A stretch of 62,580 nucleotides of DNA, the filler included, from Candidatus Fermentibacterota bacterium (GTDB taxonomy: Bacteria; JAFGKV01), in assembly GCA_016928395.1 (NCBI GenBank). It is 8 parts of 8 records of this genome, joined end to end, with 100 filler letters (N's around TTAATTAATTAA, not from the genome) between each part and the next. Parts side by side here need not be neighbours in the genome. Positions count along the whole stretch, not along the records: positions 59,849 to 62,580 come from JAFGKV010000051.1; 7 more parts are not named here. The stretch is one strand, 5' to 3'. Position 1 is the stretch's first letter, and the number at the start of each line of letters is the position of its first letter. The translations under genes and the position numbers were made by a program. A model generated the notes under the pieces. It had not been told where the DNA came from. It worked only from the letters and a program-made list of their open reading frames with translations, and ran no database searches. Shown in pieces: positions 59,849 through 62,580 of the stretch.

Positions 59849-62357
59849 CCAGCCTTCCCGCAGTCCCGAGGTGGGAACTCCCGCCCAGTCAGGAGCGCAG
59901 ACGCCGCCCGGCTTCGTTTTCGCTGCGGCCGGCATCAGCGGGTTCGCCTTCTTCCTCATGGAATTGGTGTGGTACCGGATGCTGAGCCCGATCCTGGGCG
60001 GATCGACCTATACTTTCGGGCTCATCCTCGCTCTGGCCCTGGCCGGCATCGGTCTGGGAGGATTTCTCTACGCGCTGCGCGACCAGCGCAGCGCACCGTC
60101 GCCGATGGATTTGGCTGTCACTTTCGCCCTCGAAGCCTTGTTCATCGCACTTCCCTTGGCTCTGGGAGACCGGTTGGCGGTGATGGCCGGCCTCGTGGCG
60201 CCATTGGGCAATATAGGGCTGCTGGGATCGGTAGCCGGATGGACCATCGTGGCCTCGATGGTCTTGCTTCCCGCGGCGGTCGTCTCTGGGTTTCAGTTTC
60301 CCCTGCTCATCGCACTCCTGGGCAGAGGGGAGGATGAGATCGGCAGGCATGCCGGGTTTGCGTATGCCTGGAATACCTTTGGCGCCATCATCGGCTCCCT
60401 GGCCGGGGGATTCCTCCTTGTTCCCATACTGAGTGCGCCCGGGGCATGGCGTCTCGTGGTGATCTGCCTCGCACTCCTGAGCGTGGCTTCTCTCGTTGTG
60501 GGGCGCCGGGGACGAGACGGGTCGCCGAGCTGGGCATCCGCCATCGTGGTGGCTTGCGCGCTGGCATGTCTGGTGGCGCCGGGTCCAACCGCGCCATGGA
60601 GGCACGGCGGCATTGGCGCGGGACGGGTTGACCTCTCTGCGCGCGACCGTCACATGATCCGCGATTGGGCTTCGGCGCAACGGAGGGCGCTCGTGTGGGA
60701 GAGGGAGGGGCGTGAGAGCAGCATTGGTGTATTCCGAACCAGCGGCCTTTCCCTGATGATCAATGGCAAGTCAGACGGGAACGCCATCGCGGATGCCTCC
60801 ACCCAGATCATGCTGGGCCTAGTCGGCGCGACGATGCACCATGAGCCGCGTACGGCCTTGGTCATCGGGCTGGGTACCGGTGAGACCGCGGGATGGTTGG
60901 CGGATATTGCGGGTATGGAGAGAGTCGACGTGGTCGAGTTCGAACCGGCGGTGCTGGACATGGCCCGCATGTGCGGCCCGGCCAACCGGGAGGCACTGAA
61001 CAATCCGAGAGTCCGCCTGTACATCGGCGACGGGCGGGAGATGGTGCTCGTTGCCAAGGAGCGCTACGACCTCATAGTCTCGGAGCCGTCCAATCCTTTC
61101 AGGGCCGGCATTGCCAGCCTCTACACCCAGGAGTTCTATCGGGCAGTGGCACAGCGGCTGGGGACCGGCGGAATCTTCACCCAGTGGGTGCAGGCCTATG
61201 AGGTGGACACTGAGACCATACTGTCCATCTACGCGACTCTGGGAGAGGTGTTTCCCTGGGTCGAGACGTGGCAGACCAATCCGATTGACATGTTGCTGGT
61301 ATGCTCGCTGGATTCGTTGCGCATGGATCGACAGGCGATGGCTCGGCGCCTGGAGGAGGAACCGCTTCGCAGCGGGGTATTGATGGCATGGGGTGCTTCC
61401 GACGTGGAGGGGCTTTTGGCGCGACGGATTGCCGGGCCAGAGCTGGGGCGGCGGTCGGCAGATATCGGGAGGGCGTTCGGCCTCACCACCGATGATCGCA
61501 CGCTCGTGGAGTATGGGTTTGCCCGGGCAGTGGGCAAAGCGAGGGCATTCAGGCTTGCCGACCTGCGGCAGGTTGGCGAGGGCGCGGTTGAAGAGCCGGA
61601 GTCGCCCGGGGCCGTAGCTATTCGTCGGAATCGGCAGGCGATGTATGCCCTTCAAGGCATTCCGGTTCCTCTCTCGGAGATCCAGGGTGAAGACGAGCAT
61701 GCCCGGGCTCAGGGATACAGCCACTTCTTGGCGGGGGAGTATGGGCCGTGCCTGGCAGCGTGGAGGAGACAAGACGCGCCGGCAACCTATCCCCTGGAAC
61801 TGGCCATGGTTGGGGAAGCGACCGCCGATGAGGGAGATGACGAAGCCTTGGCTCTGGCCCAGAGACTGGCGCCTCTGTGGCCTGCCGAGGCCGCAGTGAT
61901 CCGTGCCCGGCTCTGGGTTCGAACGGGGGAGAGTGAGATGGCCCTTGGCTCATTGGAAGAGGCCTTCGCTCACATGAGGCTCGAACCTCTTCCATGTTCC
62001 CGCGTCATGGAGCGGGGCCTCAGGCTAGCGGTCGAGATCGCCAGTTCTCGTCCTGATCTCGCGTCGCGGTGTCGGGCGGGAGTGGCGGTACCGTTCAGTG
62101 TCGACGCACTTCATGACGCGCGATTGCGCGCCCTCCTGGATGTGTCTCGTGTCATCGGGCCGAAGGAGGCGGCCGACGTGATCCACCAGTATGAGCCGCA
62201 CATACCGTGGGATCGTGAGTTCCTGGCTCTTCGGGCGACATGCTACCGTGAGGCCGACGATCCGCTGGCCGGCGTGGCCATGGCGGACTGGGAAGACTAT
62301 GTTGCCGATGCCCCGTTGGCCGTGAATGAAGACCTGTTTGCTCGCGCTGCCCCGTAG
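59849..62357 (+). CDS. Fused membrane/spermidine-synthase-like methyltransferase (N-terminus missing)
   Basis: MELVWYRML..GGSTYTF; NTFGAIIGS; ALVIGLGTGET; DGRE; YDLIVSEPSNP; LYTQEFY. Confidence 0.88.
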
Positions 62358-62370
62358 AAGCGGTACTGGC

Positions 62371-62580
62371 TCAATGCGCCTTGAGCGGCAGGGTTAGCTC
62401 CAGCGACGTGGCGTCTCGTGGTATGCGGCCAAGCCTGATGAGGGCCGGCCCCGCAATCTCGAAATCGGTGCCGCCGAGCCACCATGTGTAGACATAGTCA
62501 AGGGTCTCGGCCAGCGTATCCAGCCCGCCCTGATGCTCTATCACGCGGCATCGAGCGGGAGGCAATGCTCTGACTGAAAG
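62371..62580 (-). CDS. GyrI-like effector-binding domain C-terminus (partial)
   Basis: HQGGLDTLAETLDYVYTWWL...LELTLPL. Confidence 0.55.
   Translation of the reverse strand, partial: LSVRALPPARCRVIEHQGGLDTLAETLDYVYTWWLGGTDFEIAGPALIRLGRIPRDATSLELTLPLKAH

Noticed and set aside
1-62580. Genome-wide TAG reassignment
   Set aside because: Many intact genes end at TAG at their expected C-termini (e.g. MoaD GGG*, PIN toxin, kinase)

Overview
The window is not contiguous: it is 8 contigs of a GC-rich bacterial (MAG-like) assembly, joined by 100-nt N44-TTAATTAATTAA-N44 linkers, so synteny holds only within a contig and shared origin is not guaranteed. Contig 1 (1-5764): dense toxin-antitoxin array between an IS21 istB fragment and a decayed integron-integrase C-terminus. 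Contig 2: HEAT-repeat protein plus IS21 and IS91 remnants. Contig 3: GT-C glycosyltransferase, Lys-gingipain-like C25 protease, and an ECF sigma/anti-sigma/DUF2089 cluster. Contig 4 (20009-30769) is the highlight: an operon of aldehyde dehydrogenase, Liv-type ABC transporter, dimethylamine methyltransferase MtbB with an in-frame amber (pyrrolysine) codon, its corrinoid protein, and a saccharopine/lysine-dehydrogenase-like enzyme. Two gene junctions in this operon are also in-frame TAGs. Contig 5: Ser/Thr kinase-TPR/PEGA-FGE-TonB-VWA cluster and IS1634. Contig 6: attC-preceded GT9-like gene, AOR cluster, secreted proteins, and an AlbA_2/HATPase gene with an in-frame TAG inside a direct-repeat-bracketed segment. 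Contig 7: imuB-dnaE2. Contig 8: fused membrane/spermidine-synthase-like protein. All family calls come from motif recognition by eye; no searches were run.
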